A DNA stretch of 64,000 nt from contig JASANG010000611.1 of assembly GCA_030248215.1 (NCBI GenBank), positions 186,001-250,000 of the forward strand, written 5' to 3'. The DNA comes from Enoplolaimus lenunculus. Its lineage: Eukaryota. The notes beneath the pieces were generated by a model, which ran no database searches, was not told the origin of the DNA, and saw only the letters and a list, made by a program, of their open reading frames with translations. The translations under genes and the position numbers were made by a program. Positions within the stretch are counted from its first letter, which is position 1. Every line of letters starts with the position of its first letter. Positions 52,901 through 64,000 of the stretch are shown one piece after another.

Positions 52901-55900
52901 CTGCTCCTTCCTCTGTTGTTCCTGTATCCATCCGCTCATCCTCACTTGAGCCATCCAGATTCACCTCTATCACATCCTCCTTCTTTTTCCATTTCTTTTT
53001 CTTGCCGTCTATTTTGTCCACAGGTGACGTCGCCGTCGACGCCCCCCGGCTTGACATGCTAGACCGCTTCTGAGCCTCGCCTGACGATGTAGGTTCTCCT
53101 TCCGAAACCTCCATCTCCGTTACATTACTTCCTCTGGTAGACACTGACGCGATCCGCTGTGTGCGATTTTCCTCCAGACGCAGCTCCTCTGCCTCTGTCC
53201 ATACATTAGCTATAACAGGTAGCTTCGCCACCTTCATAACCGAAGGCAACGGATCCTCATGAATTTTCCGTATCCGTATACTAGGTGCCCCACTATCCTG
53301 CGCTGCGGCCGTAGGTGACGATATACACGGCCCCAGGACTTCCTTTTGCCTCTGTAATATCACCGGTCCTTGTACCTGATTACTACTCGCTGACGTCATC
53401 GGGGGTAACGGTGCGTTCAACCCCGGTATCGGTAGGCGATTCGCCCGAAAACATTCATTCGACGGGTGATTCGTCCTGTTACAATGAACGCAAGGCGGGA
53501 ATCTCCCTCCTTGCCCTCCTTGTGCCTGTCCTTGCCTGTTTCCAGCGTTGCCAGCATTATTCTGCTGCACCGCGGCTCCGCTCGCACCCTGTCTACTCGC
53601 CTTTACTGGGCATTCGCGTGCGATATGTCCCTGTCCTTCACAAAAGAAGCACGACCCGACTTCTCGTAATTTCCTGACTCGCTCTGAATCCCGTGGCACC
53701 TGGTCAGATACAACCTGCTGACCTTGTCCTGAACCCTGTGCCTCCGTTTGCTCCTGATTATTCACACGAGCACGTCCTGCCTGCTGTCGCCGCGTATTCC
53801 CGGCGCCAGTATTTTGCCTTGCCTGTTGTGCATTCGACGCACCCGTTTGCTGCTCCTGCTTCAACTCCATTTTACTCCCTTTTTCCTTCACGTTCAACGT
53901 GCCGTCAGCTTCAAGTTGCCTCTGCAACTTCAAGGCACGGCGCCGCAACTCCTCAAACGACTCTACTATACCCAGTTGCAGCCGTTGTTTCATTTCCGGG
54001 AACGAGTTGTTCACAAATGTCTGACACAACAAGTCCCTGCTTTCCTCCGTATTCGCAAACTGTTTCTCCAAATATCTTACCCAGTAAGACTGCAGCTCGT
54101 CAGCGTATTCGCTCACGTCCCCTTTTTGCCTGATCCTCTGGAACGCTGCCATTCTATTCGACAGGTCCGTCGATTCTCCAAACCTTTCCTGGAATTCGCG
54201 CACTAATTGCCCGAACTCCTCTGAGCCGTATGGTCCATACCGCTCTTCCAAAATATCCAAATACTGATCAGCCAGTCCTTTCACATGATTCCTGAAGTGA
54301 TTTATTTTGGACTCGCTGTCGACAATTTTAGCCGTTTGCATCACCCGTTCAAATTTCCTGTACCAAATTCCAAAGTCTGACTTGCCTTCGAAATTTTGCA
54401 ACGGCAATTTCTGCGGCATTTTCACCACGATCTGTGGTGCACCCTGATTCGCGTACCCCATATACTGTGGTACCCGATTTGCCATATTCCCCATTGCCTG
54501 TAACTGTGGCATCTCCGCAAAACCCGTCATCCTCGGTGTTTGCATGACCGGTTCTTGCCAACTTGCGTTCGCTTGCGGAGCCACTCCTGGTTGCGCCGGG
54601 AATGCCTGATATGCATTCCCCGCCAATGGTTGGGTCAACACCGGATAACTCGCCTGTCGGTAGCCCATAGGGACAGGGTGGGGTGCCACCCCTCCTTTCG
54701 GCATCTCCTGATTTCCCATCGACATCGAGCAGGCTTGTTCCCCTGCTCCATGCATTCGCGTAGCTTCCCGGTACTCCTTTGTCACAGATTGCCGGTTAAC
54801 GTCGTCCTTATTCGACATCCGACTCACTCTGCCTGATCTGTGACTCTGCCTTGACTCCGGTCTCTGACCCATTTCACTTTCCAATTTGCTCCACAACTTT
54901 CTAAACTTCTCACTACGTTTCGACTTCAGACCCCGTTCGAATGCCCGAGTCAATTCCTTGATTTCGTCATCCTCCTCTTCTGATTCCTGAATAGACGTCG
55001 CCCTCGAGCGTGCCTGAGGCACCCCCGGACTGCGACCTCTATCTTCTTCCACTGCCTTCACACTATCCTGGCTCCGTGCTCCTATTCCTTGCACCTGGGT
55101 GGAAGCCTGTTGTCGCTGTAACCCATGTCCCATGGACATGCGTTGTTCCACCGACCAGTTTGCCAACGGCCCATCCATTTCTAATTGTGGATGCGGCCTA
55201 ATCATATTTATCCTGCGTGACGGTTCCGTCCCGCTATAAGCCTGAGTCCATCTCATACCTGTTTCTGAACTATTTCCTTCCATCATAGCCGGGTTCGGTA
55301 TTGCGTATCTCGGTTCTGGTCGACATACGCCCGAATCCTCCAGATCCTGTCTCTCGTTCTGATATTCCGCTGTCATCCGAGGATAGGACATGCCTGAATC
55401 TACAACACCGCCATGTCCTGTGCTTCCCTCCGATGCATAAGCGAGTCTATGACTCCCTTGCCGTATGCCTGCATCCTCTTGCGCTCTCATTCCGGTATAC
55501 TGCCCGTCTAACATCGTTAGATCCGGCGCCCTTGTCTCCGTCACCTGTGCTCCTCGCGCAATCATAGTCGATTGCCCGGATATGCCATTCCCATTCGTCT
55601 GGAATACTGATTCGAGTGATTCCTGACGACACATTGTACTCGGTAACGAAATCTCCTCGATTTCTTTACCCGGTTCTGCCTGAAGCTCGCGTGACATACT
55701 TCGTGTTGTCACCCTGCTTTCACGCGCCGTAGCCCTTGCTACCGCTTCCTGTTCTACCGCCGTAGTTGGGGTCCTGTACAACGGCATTCTCCTTTTCCGA
55801 AATCGCACTTTCAGCCAATCTCTGTAAACTATTTCCCACACCAGTGTTATTGTGTTTTATATATATAAAACACCACTTTTCTGACCGGCCAATTTTTCGT

Positions 55901-58900
55901 AATTTTTGGCCCGAAACTTTTCGCCCGGTTCAAAATTTCTTCCAAGAACGTGCTCTGGGTATTTACGAACTATACAGTTCCTAAATGTTTCAGCCCCAAG
56001 CACCTTCGACGATTTTTCGACCTTTTCACTTAGCTACTCCCGAGATTTCGTTTCACAGCCTTATTCACTCGCTGAATACGGCACCCGATTTGAAAACTTG
56101 TGGCGTAGCCCCAAGCAAAATACTCCTGAATCGTTCCTTGAACTCCTTTCCAACTTTTATTCACGTTTGCCAGCCGCTATCTCGCGTCAGGCCAACTTTC
56201 AGCTCCGGTTTTCACCCGAGATTGCTCCTTGTTAGCTAGCTACTTGTTACAAGTACCTAGATCTCGTGCCGACGCCAACCGAAATTTCCGTAAACCCTTA
56301 TAGCGCAAGTGTTAAGGGTTTACTTCCGTCCTTGATATGCCCTGAGTTCAATGCCGTATCCTTTTTGCCTTTCTCGCACCTTTTCACTTCACCAGGTCCA
56401 AAAACAACTGAATTTTTGACAATTTTTCAGATGTTTTTGACCAATACTGCCGATGCCTGTAGCCGTTCCGTTTCAAATTTTAACCCGGTACTTACGAACA
56501 CAATAGTTCCTAAGTATGCCAATTTCACCAGTTTCTGACCGTTTTTTCCAATTTTCGTCTCTTCACCCCGAGAATTTTCACTTCCAATTCGCCTGTTCCT
56601 GAACTAGTTCCACGTACTTGCGGCACAGCCTCAAGTATAACTGTCGAACTAATTCACAGCCTGTACTATCCAGTAATGTCAGTATCCGTTGCCCTTTCGC
56701 GCAGTAGATACTCACAGCCCGATTTCCTTTTCAGCCTGATTTCAATCCGCTAACTCCTGAATCAGTTCCACGTACTTGCGGCACAGCCTCAAGTATAACT
56801 GTCGAACTAATTCACAGCCTGTATTATCCAGTAATGTCAGTATCTGTTGCCCTTTCGCGCATAGATACTCCCCAGCCTGTACTATCCAGTAATGTCAGTA
56901 TCCGTTGCCCTTTCGCGCAGTAGATACTCACAGCCCGATTTCCTTTTCAGCCTGATTTCAATCCGTCAACTCCTGAATCAGTTCCACGTACTTGCGGCAC
57001 AGCCTCAAGTATAACTGTCGAACTAATTCACAGCCTGTATTATCCAGTAATGTCAGTATCTGTTGCCCTTTCGCGCAGTAGATACTCACAGCCCAGTTTC
57101 CTTTTCAGCCTGTACTCCCTGTTATTTTCCACAACACGATCGTTCAGATCCTGTGTTTCCAATAACAGCCTTTTGCCTGTACTATCCAGTAATGTCAGTA
57201 TCTGTTGCCCTTTCGCGCAGTAGATACTCACAGCCCAGTTTCCTTTTCAGCCTGTACTCCCTGTTATTTTCCACAACACGATCGTTCAGATCCTGTGTTT
57301 CCAATAACAGCCTTTTAGATCCTGTGTTTCCAATAACAGCCTTTAGCCTGTACTATCCAGTAATGTCAGTATCTGTTGCCCTTTCGCGCAGTAGATACTC
57401 ACAGCCCAGTTTCCTTTTCAGCCTGTACTCCCTGTTATTTTCCACAACACGATCGTTCAGATCCTGTGTTTCCAATAACAGCCTTTTGCCTGTACTATCC
57501 AGTAATGTCAGTATCTGTTGCCCTTTCGCGCAGTAGATACTCACAGCCCAGTTTCCTTTTCAGCCTGTACTCCCTGTTATTTTCCACAACACGATCGTTC
57601 AGATCCTGTGTTTCCAATAACAGCCTTTTACACGTTTTACACCCAGTGTTTCCAATAACAGCCTTTTCCTTTTACACCCAGAAATTCCTTTCTCCTTTTT
57701 CCAACTATTTCCTTTCACACCGACCACCAACTAAATCAGCATCGAGACCGTCGTGGTCACCATGTGAGAAGTTCGTGATTTTGCCTTAAGCCTGTATCCT
57801 GTATCGCCTGTATAGTTCTTTCCTCGATGTATGCGTATCGCTCTGATTTAGTAAAACGCGGCCGGTAAATGTTTATTATAAATCCCCAACCCGAAACCCG
57901 TATGACACAAAATACCCAATATTAAGGCCAGCAAATTACAGGTTATGCAATTTAACTGGTAACCCGAGCCGGAATCCTTAAAGCCGACGTCTGAATCTGA
58001 TTTAATCCAGCCACTGGCTTTACCGTACCCAATACTTTTGCCGTTTTCCAGAATCCGTGCAATTCTAACCCCGTTAGAATTACACCCCGTTAAACCGTGT
58101 ACTCTAACCCCGTTAGAGTTACACCAAATTTCCGACCAATCTAACCCCGTTAGATTTGGCCCAGCCGTTGTAGAATAATAAATCTAACCCCGTTAGATTT
58201 ATTAGACTACTTTTCCCAGGTTCTCCGGTAATACCCCAAGTTCCTTTTAGCACATAACACCAGTATCCGATACTGGGTAAATCCTGCGCCCTGCGCAATG
58301 CCGATTAACACCGTAATGCCGTAATTCCCTTCACATCCTATGCCACCGTGACAATTCTTAATTTAAATCAACTCGACCTTACTTATCAGAAACTTCCGCT
58401 TTCAATACCCAAACCAAAATTCAAGAAACAATGTACAAATCCGCTCGCAACCAGCCAATAAAATAAACCACTGAATTTTAGAAAATCAACACCAAGACTG
58501 ATTCCGGTCCTGGCTACCCATATCGGCATCTCGACCTCATTTGCATTTTTGCCGACACCCACAATTGGGTGTCCGCAATGCGGTTGAGGTCCAGAGCCAC
58601 ACATCCGGTACTAACAACAACAACAACACCACGCCGGAGACACTCATAATAAAGCACCATATTGGTGCTGACATAGCCTAGCTATGTCGTTATCCGCAGA
58701 TTAGGCCAACTAAATATGCGATACTAATCAATACTGTCATACGGCCACGCAGGGCCCCAGGTAAGTTTACATTGCGGACACAGCCGCCATAGCATAGTTT
58801 TTACAAATTTTTACGCCTTGTAGCAACGCCTAAGCCTAACTTAAGTTCTAAGAGAGACTAGGTGGAGCCAGGGACTCCCTTAAGGTGTGGTTTTGATATA

Positions 58901-61900
58901 GGGTTTTATTTTTAGTTTTAGTTTTTAGTTTGAAATAGGTTTAAGTGTGGCATAGCCACCTACATCTTCCCTGTTGTTTGGAGCTTTCACCTTTCACTTG
59001 TACCATTGTATGTGATTTTGCACGTTGCCTCAGGAATACGCTTTCACAACTTAAGTATGCTGCTATGAATATAGGTAACATATACTTTGAGTAGTTGAAA
59101 TTTGTGCAGAACTTTATTTGGTCTTAAAAAGCATTTGCGTTACCAAATTAGGATAATTTCCAAATGTGGTCTCTAACTTACCTTTCTGACCTCGATCCAA
59201 ATATAAACACTAATTAGAACTATAGACAGCTATTGATTCGCACTGCTGACTAAAAATAGGGACGTCCAATTATTTACCTCCCTCTGGCGTTCGGGTCAAT
59301 ACAAAATGGTCACTCAAAATGAGCTAAAATTTGATTGCAAAACATTATCTCTGTACATTGAAGATTGCGCATTCAGAATAGAACCTTTTTTACTTTATAA
59401 ATCATATTACCCGAAGGTCAAAAAATTAAAAAACCCAAGCCTAAGCCTAGGCGTAAGAATGAGTCCATTCCTGAGCCTAAGCCTAAACCTAAGACTAAGC
59501 TAAGCTAAAAAATTAGTCTAAAGATTAAGCTTATTCTAGTCTCACAGAAAAACGTTCCGCCCCTGATCTTTACATGGGCCATAAAACCGTTACAAGGGTT
59601 ACTGTCTTAGGTAGAACAAGGTAATGGAATGGTTAGAGTAGCACTTTTAACCCGCTTTACTTCGCTTGAAATATTAGGTTACCAGTGAGAGAATCGAACG
59701 CTAAATACAGATACATACATAGTTCAGCTTAGAAACGAATTTTCAATCCAACCTTCGCAGATTACTTTGATAGGTGAGTAAAGCATCATACTCGTGTAGT
59801 ATTGAACAAAAACAAATGCAAACAATAAAACAGCAAGCATGCATATTGCAAAACAACAGTGTGATCGATTAGAATTCGGCAAAGGCCTGATATTGGCGGG
59901 CTCGTAGCGAAGCACTGAGGTACAGTTGGGTTCAGCCCCTGGAAAGATTTTGCCCCCTCCTTGGAATTTTTTGGCATTACGTGTAAGTCATCGAAAACCC
60001 TTGTATGCCCTTCCTGAAAAATGTTTGGCCTCCCTATCAAGGTGATATAGCTTCGGTCCTAGATATTGGTAGGACCGGAGCTACACGACGCGATGCCATT
60101 CAGTTTTGAATAACGGGGGACAGGCATGATCTATTGAGGACCAAATGTGGTCCAAACAGGCCATGGTTTGGTTCACCAATGCCGTTTTTACTCACTGATG
60201 CTCAGCGAAGTAATCTAACGAGTTTTTGATCTCGATAACTTCACTAATGTCAATAGTTTCCGGTATTTATTTGGCACCCGGCAACAGATTCCGCTCTCGG
60301 AACCAAATTGTTAGATTGAACTAAGCATAATTTGTTCTAATTTGTGCGGGGTGGCTGATCTTTTGCTGAATCATTCGGAATCCTGCCGGTGGAAGTAGAG
60401 ATATCCCCCTAAGTGAAGACGCTATTAACCTCGACACTAGATGCTTGGACGCTAGTCGCAGGATTGCATTGGCTCAAACCTTGGGTCAGAAAGAAGTTGT
60501 AAAGTTTAGTCGTCCGCGTTCGGGTCTTTGTTTTCCGAAAGAGGTTAGAAATTACTTGGTCAATTCGACATACTAAATAAGGTAATTGTTAGAGTACAAG
60601 TTGACATTTGTAAAACCAGAAATGCCCGAATAGTAGGTATTTAATAGTTTTTATTCGCTTACAAGATAATACAAAAGCCCAACGTTATGAGCAGGGTAAA
60701 TGCAAAATTACCAAACCACTCAAAGAGATGGTCAAATAGGTTGTTAAACCTAAGTACGTTTTTATCAGCCTTAGCCATAAGCAGAGGCCAATAGAAATGG
60801 GGACCAAAAAAGCTCTTGGTTTAGGACAGGGTTCAGAATAACATGCTGGATCCAAGAGGATAAAAGAACTATCTCCTCCACTTTGGTCGCTCGCAAAATA
60901 ATTTTATACACAAAATTCCATATTTTTGTGACCTTAATCCTATTAGTATTATATATGCATGTTATGTTTAATTAAAATAAATACAGAAACTGTAACACTT
61001 CCGCGTATACCAGGTTAACAAACGGTTCCAAAGTAAGAATTATTGCATATAAGTGTAAATTGACCGTCGTATTCATAAGTTTCGCGTAACCGTTGCTCAA
61101 AAATACGGTTAATACAAGGGCACGAAACCGATTTGTTGACCTTCGTCAATTGTACCTACTCCCTGCATCACTATACAATAAAATTTTCAGATTTCAACTT
61201 GTCTCAAATTTAAGACACTTTTTTTCGAAAAGACGGGACGATTTCAAATTACGGTTTATAATAAAACCACGCCGTTGTTTGTTTCGCACCGTAGTTTTTT
61301 TTAGTTTAACAACCTGCCGCAGAACCAACACACGTTTCTGATGTATTATTGAGAACGGTCGCAATAAAGAACGAATCATGCACTCTTGGCTATACTGAAC
61401 AACTTACTTTTATAAAACTAAAATCTCCTGCAGCAAAATAGTAAAACGAAACATTGTCAAAAATGTATCCTAGTGATGTCAGGTAAAAATATACACAAAT
61501 GATGATTTTAGCCCATATAATATTCTCAAATATGTGCCACATCTATTACCAGTTGGTGATTAGTCTTTAATATCCTCAAATCAACAAATGGTTTCGAAAT
61601 AGCTTGTTCATTTTCTCTACTTTTATTTGCAGTATTAATTCTATGCGGATCGTTGAGATTTGTGGGTCCTGCATTTCGCCGTGTTTGAATACTAATTACT
61701 AACTGGTGATAGATGCTACACACAGTAAAAATACTTCTTCTTGTTTTGCAATTTGTTACACTCTCCTTAGACACTCCATCTTGCTGCTGCCTACTTGAAG
61801 CGGGAGTTATGATTCAATTGTATTTAGACTAAAACCAGCTTGTCTTGAATATTTCTAAACTTTTAGAGGCCATGGTAGCCACAATGGGCCAGGGTGTTTT

Positions 61901-63917
61901 GAGTCTTCAGGATACATTTTGTACACCCCTTGTAGAGTTCCAAGTTTTCTTGTAAGTCAGAAGAAATTTTTATGCCCCTCCTAAAATATTTCGCCTCCTT
62001 TGTAAAGGTGACATGACTATGGTGCCGAAACGTTTTAGATGCCATGCTCAGCAGTCTTACGCTGACACTGACATATTAGTGATTCAAGCTAATTTTAGAA
62101 AACGACAAAAATTTCTAACATTTGAAAAAATGTTCAAATCATTTAAGATATCAATAAAAATAAATTTTTCTCAAACTGTTATATTCAAAAATATCAGTTT
62201 TTAGAAGAATTGTTTTCGTGCGTCGAGATTTAAAATATGCAAGATTTCGGCATGATGGCTACATTTGCATGAAACTGTTTGAGCAACAACTTTCAGCTGG
62301 AACTTAGCGTGCGCAATATCACGACTACGGTGGAGCGAAGAATGATGCCGCCCCCGTAGTCATGTTTTTGCTCACAGGTATTAATAATATTTTCTACAGT
62401 AAAATAAATGAACACTTTAAGAAAACTTTCCTTTCAACTCTAAATTTCTACTTGCCACCGCTCCAAAAGCAGTTGCTACTTGCAAGGCTATTAGAGCTTA
62501 CGTCAACTGACTTTTGTACAAGTATTAAGCTTAAAGTATATACAAGTAAACACCATTATTTTAAGCATGCAGTTTAGATGCTGACAAAATTAGGTTTTTT
62601 CTTGAGGACTACTTGGAAACGCTTTAATTCGTCAAAAATTACAAAATAATAAGTAAAAGTTGTAAATATCATACTGACAAAGTATTGCAGAGATGTGACG
62701 GCATCGTTGAGCATAATAACTCATTATTTGCCAAAAAATTAATTCAAGCCAAAACACAGTTTGGGAGACAAACTCACAAAAACCTTTTGGTTACCTTTTG
62801 ATTCGGACGCCGCATATGCAGGATTTTGGTAGAAATTCTTCAAAAGTATGCTCTAAAAATACGGATGAAATTGCATGTTATTACGGTTTACTTATAAAAC
62901 TGTTGATAACATTTCGATTTATTGCCTTGAGGAGCGTTCCGTATTTCAACGGAACTGCAATAGAATAGCCTTAGGCCTCAGAAAATTTTTGAATTGGTTT
63001 AGGTTTAGTGTTCATCTTATTTTTGCGCTGAATTTATACAAACAACCGCCAACAGGATAATGTATCGGAACTTGATTCCCACCTGTAGAATATAAACTCG
63101 GAATAATACAAAATTCGTTACGCTTTTGAGCTATATAAGAGATAACCATCAAGGTATAATAAGCCTGGCCACCGAATGTTGTAAAGCACATGGTAGTTTT
63201 GAAACAATACCAATATTAACGTACCTGACTATATGTCGGATAGTTGTGCTTTCTCGAACATTTATCACCATGTCGACATGCTCCAATTTTGACATAAAAC
63301 GAACAGTTGACTCTGATACAAAATTAATAAAAAAATAAAAAGTGCGTGTAATAATTTAACACTAGTCGTCCAACTTTGAGCAATGCACAAACGTGTTAAT
63401 GCAGAAAGATTTGTATGCAAAATTTTTAATTATAGAACAATCACGTCTATGTGCTAAGAAATGATTGTTGACAAAGTAAGCTGGAAAATTGCCCAAAATA
63501 TATACGTACGAGAGGCATTTCAGGTTTAGATATATAAATTTCGAAAAAAATATCTCGTACATAATTTAACATTTTAGAGGGGAGTGACACCGTAACAATC
63601 GGCTAATAAATTTTTACATTTTACCAGTTGTTAGCAAACTAATCACGCGTTTAAACTTAATCTGCTGAAATTTATGATGCTTCGTTCATTTAGCTTCAAC
63701 GGAAATTAAATTATTAACTGTAAGTTGTCTTATTATACCACCTAAAGTCAATCAGAATTAGTTACGCAAATTAAACAGTTAATTTTGCCAAAAATTACTA
63801 TTCTGGTTATGGTTTTAGCGCCGCAACCTTTACCCGGAACTTTTTGCATGATACTTTTCTAAGTTTTGCTTACTTGTCATTTTCAGTACCAAAGATCGAT
63901 GCTAAATAATCAGCCAT
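46940..63917 (-). CDS. U2AF1: Splicing factor U2AF small subunit (U2AF35/U2AF1/UAF-2-like): two CCCH fingers, UHM and RS-rich tail; interrupted by an LTR element; one expected exon not located
   Basis: Exons 63917-63874 ([15 protein letters not shown]), 63312-63225 ([29 protein letters not shown]), 62852-62795 or -62778 ([11 protein letters not shown]), 50147-50076 ([24 protein letters not shown]), 49368-49235 ([32 protein letters not shown]), 48799-48527 ([20 protein letters not shown]), 48021-47725, and probable last exon 47069-46940. Confidence 0.88.
50210..51410 (-). repeat. 3' LTR (1201 bp)
   Basis: Minus strand reads TGTAGGTGGC...CTTCTCACA; matches 57763-58964. Confidence 0.93.
51411..51420 (-). 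promoter_or_regulatory. Polypurine tract
   Basis: GAAGGGGGGA on the minus strand, abutting the 3' LTR. Confidence 0.85.
51660..55841 (-). CDS. gag: Very long Gag-like protein (first ATG at 55787 gives 1375 aa): capsid-like domain, two CCHC knuckles, long low-complexity termini and a coiled coil
   Basis: Uninterrupted 4.2-kb GC-richer ORF. Capsid-like segment [20 protein letters not shown]...[17 protein letters not shown]; knuckles [14 protein letters not shown] and [14 protein letters not shown]; heptad-like stretch [11 protein letters not shown]...[11 protein letters not shown]. Confidence 0.88.
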   Translation of the reverse strand: MWEIVYRDWLKVRFRKRRMPLYRTPTTAVEQEAVARATARESRVTTRSMSRELQAEPGKEIEEISLPSTMCRQESLESVFQTNGNGISGQSTMIARGAQVTETRAPDLTMLDGQYTGMRAQEDAGIRQGSHRLAYASEGSTGHGGVVDSGMSYPRMTAEYQNERQDLEDSGVCRPEPRYAIPNPAMMEGNSSETGMRWTQAYSGTEPSRRINMIRPHPQLEMDGPLANWSVEQRMSMGHGLQRQQASTQVQGIGARSQDSVKAVEEDRGRSPGVPQARSRATSIQESEEEDDEIKELTRAFERGLKSKRSEKFRKLWSKLESEMGQRPESRQSHRSGRVSRMSNKDDVNRQSVTKEYREATRMHGAGEQACSMSMGNQEMPKGGVAPHPVPMGYRQASYPVLTQPLAGNAYQAFPAQPGVAPQANASWQEPVMQTPRMTGFAEMPQLQAMGNMANRVPQYMGYANQGAPQIVVKMPQKLPLQNFEGKSDFGIWYRKFERVMQTAKIVDSESKINHFRNHVKGLADQYLDILEERYGPYGSEEFGQLVREFQERFGESTDLSNRMAAFQRIRQKGDVSEYADELQSYWVRYLEKQFANTEESRDLLCQTFVNNSFPEMKQRLQLGIVESFEELRRRALKLQRQLEADGTLNVKEKGSKMELKQEQQTGASNAQQARQNTGAGNTRRQQAGRARVNNQEQTEAQGSGQGQQVVSDQVPRDSERVRKLREVGSCFFCEGQGHIARECPVKASRQGASGAAVQQNNAGNAGNRQGQAQGGQGGRFPPCVHCNRTNHPSNECFRANRLPIPGLNAPLPPMTSASSNQVQGPVILQRQKEVLGPCISSPTAAAQDSGAPSIRIRKIHEDPLPSVMKVAKLPVIANVWTEAEELRLEENRTQRIASVSTRGSNVTEMEVSEGEPTSSGEAQKRSSMSSRGASTATSPVDKIDGKKKKWKKKEDVIEVNLDGSSEDERMDTGTTEEGAERMETPSAKPGVDQLCTPEATGKGKGVGKGKQLVGSGSAVDSVSVTTTKKEWRVLDPEAYQEGKYPRMPTDTSSVVEGSPFLAQPCVTPPPPPLPEGAAGDQRQRAHEHVSGAEQLVRRTEEKVKEKEAERQVMMEKLNKALEEVMTLVGEKRQLENQVQELAEENDRLKKRVAGDRWEESPEPSDDRTSASQKGALKRQRSLTPGQVRSQSESEEKPSTSLGQPPAPGYIAVRGPDGKLKWRFDKDARKRAMAQRARVSPKRPTGGYVRPAAGSVVSRIGPRQANPVYSASVVRSQTAPGYRGSGAVTQRVVISPPAGSSGVRPPVRQVSGERYPVRVGGHVGQPQVAPARGYYNQQVENVRQAMRESRQVERQQQQQRASRSVARDNQWVTQEELDAYYADVPRELRRKHF
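56605..57665 (-). repeat. Composite tandem-repeat array in the retroelement 5' leader
   Basis: A ~60-bp core (gcctgtactatccagtaatgtcagtatctgttgccctttcgcgcagtagatactcacagccc) occurs 7 times (~56659, 56817, 56875, 57033, 57175, 57346, 57488), embedded in two unit types of ~160 and ~140 bp. Confidence 0.9.
57746..57762 (-). promoter_or_regulatory. Primer-binding site, probably tRNA-Trp
   Basis: TGGTGACCACGACGGTC directly follows the 5' LTR on the minus strand. It resembles the complement of tRNA-Trp 3' ends (...GGTCACCA), recalled from memory. Confidence 0.7.
57763..58964 (-). repeat. 5' LTR (1202 bp)
   Basis: TG...CA termini; direct repeat of 50210-51410. Confidence 0.93.
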
Positions 63918-64000
63918 TTTACACCGCGGTCAGGATTAGTCGATAGTAACGGCATCGAGAACAGTATGCATTAATAGAACAACGTATCTGGCTCATTTGA

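Larger units (their letters stand above)
50210..58964 (-). mobile_element. Non-autonomous gag-only LTR retrotransposon (Ty3/gypsy-like Gag), 8755 bp
   Basis: Two ~1.2-kb direct repeats with TG...CA ends, a PBS and a PPT in the expected positions on the minus strand, and one Gag-like ORF. No RT, RNase H or integrase. Confidence 0.92.

Noticed and set aside
53285..53305. QDSGA motif after the zinc knuckles as a retroviral aspartic protease active site
   Set aside because: It lacks the hydrophobic residues before DSG and a downstream ILG-type motif, and sits in low-complexity sequence.
52145..55632. Many overlapping or antisense ORFs within gag
   Set aside because: Shadow ORFs expected in GC-richer coding sequence.
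56605..57665. CRISPR-like repeat-spacer array
   Set aside because: The intervening segments are themselves repeated rather than unique, the context is eukaryotic, and no cas genes are present.
57040..57789. Duplicated 63-157 aa ORFs on both strands
   Set aside because: They are by-products of the tandem repeat and show no recognisable protein motifs.

Overview
Eukaryotic, AT-rich, intron-rich animal DNA, most likely a nematode (inferred from interstitial TTAGGC telomere-type repeats and TTTCAG-like acceptors). Four spliced host genes can be reconstructed by hand: a periostin/TGFBI-like multi-FAS1 fasciclin (+, ~8.3-20.2 kb), a microbial-type 7-bladed beta-propeller lactonase (Pgl/YbhE-like) with one GT-AG intron (-, 23469-25191; candidate horizontal transfer), an SLC22/MFS transporter (-, 28884-36895) and a U2AF small-subunit (U2AF35/U2AF1-like) gene (-, 46940-63917). 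An 8.75-kb LTR retroelement (50210-58964) lies inside the U2AF gene. It has ~1.2-kb LTRs, a PBS, a PPT, a tandemly repeated leader and one intact ~1375-1393 aa Gag-like ORF, but no pol and no target-site duplication. Its LTRs carry an array of hairpins with compensatory stems. Introns and intergenic DNA are full of MITE-like families. All exon boundaries were read manually; no database searches were run.
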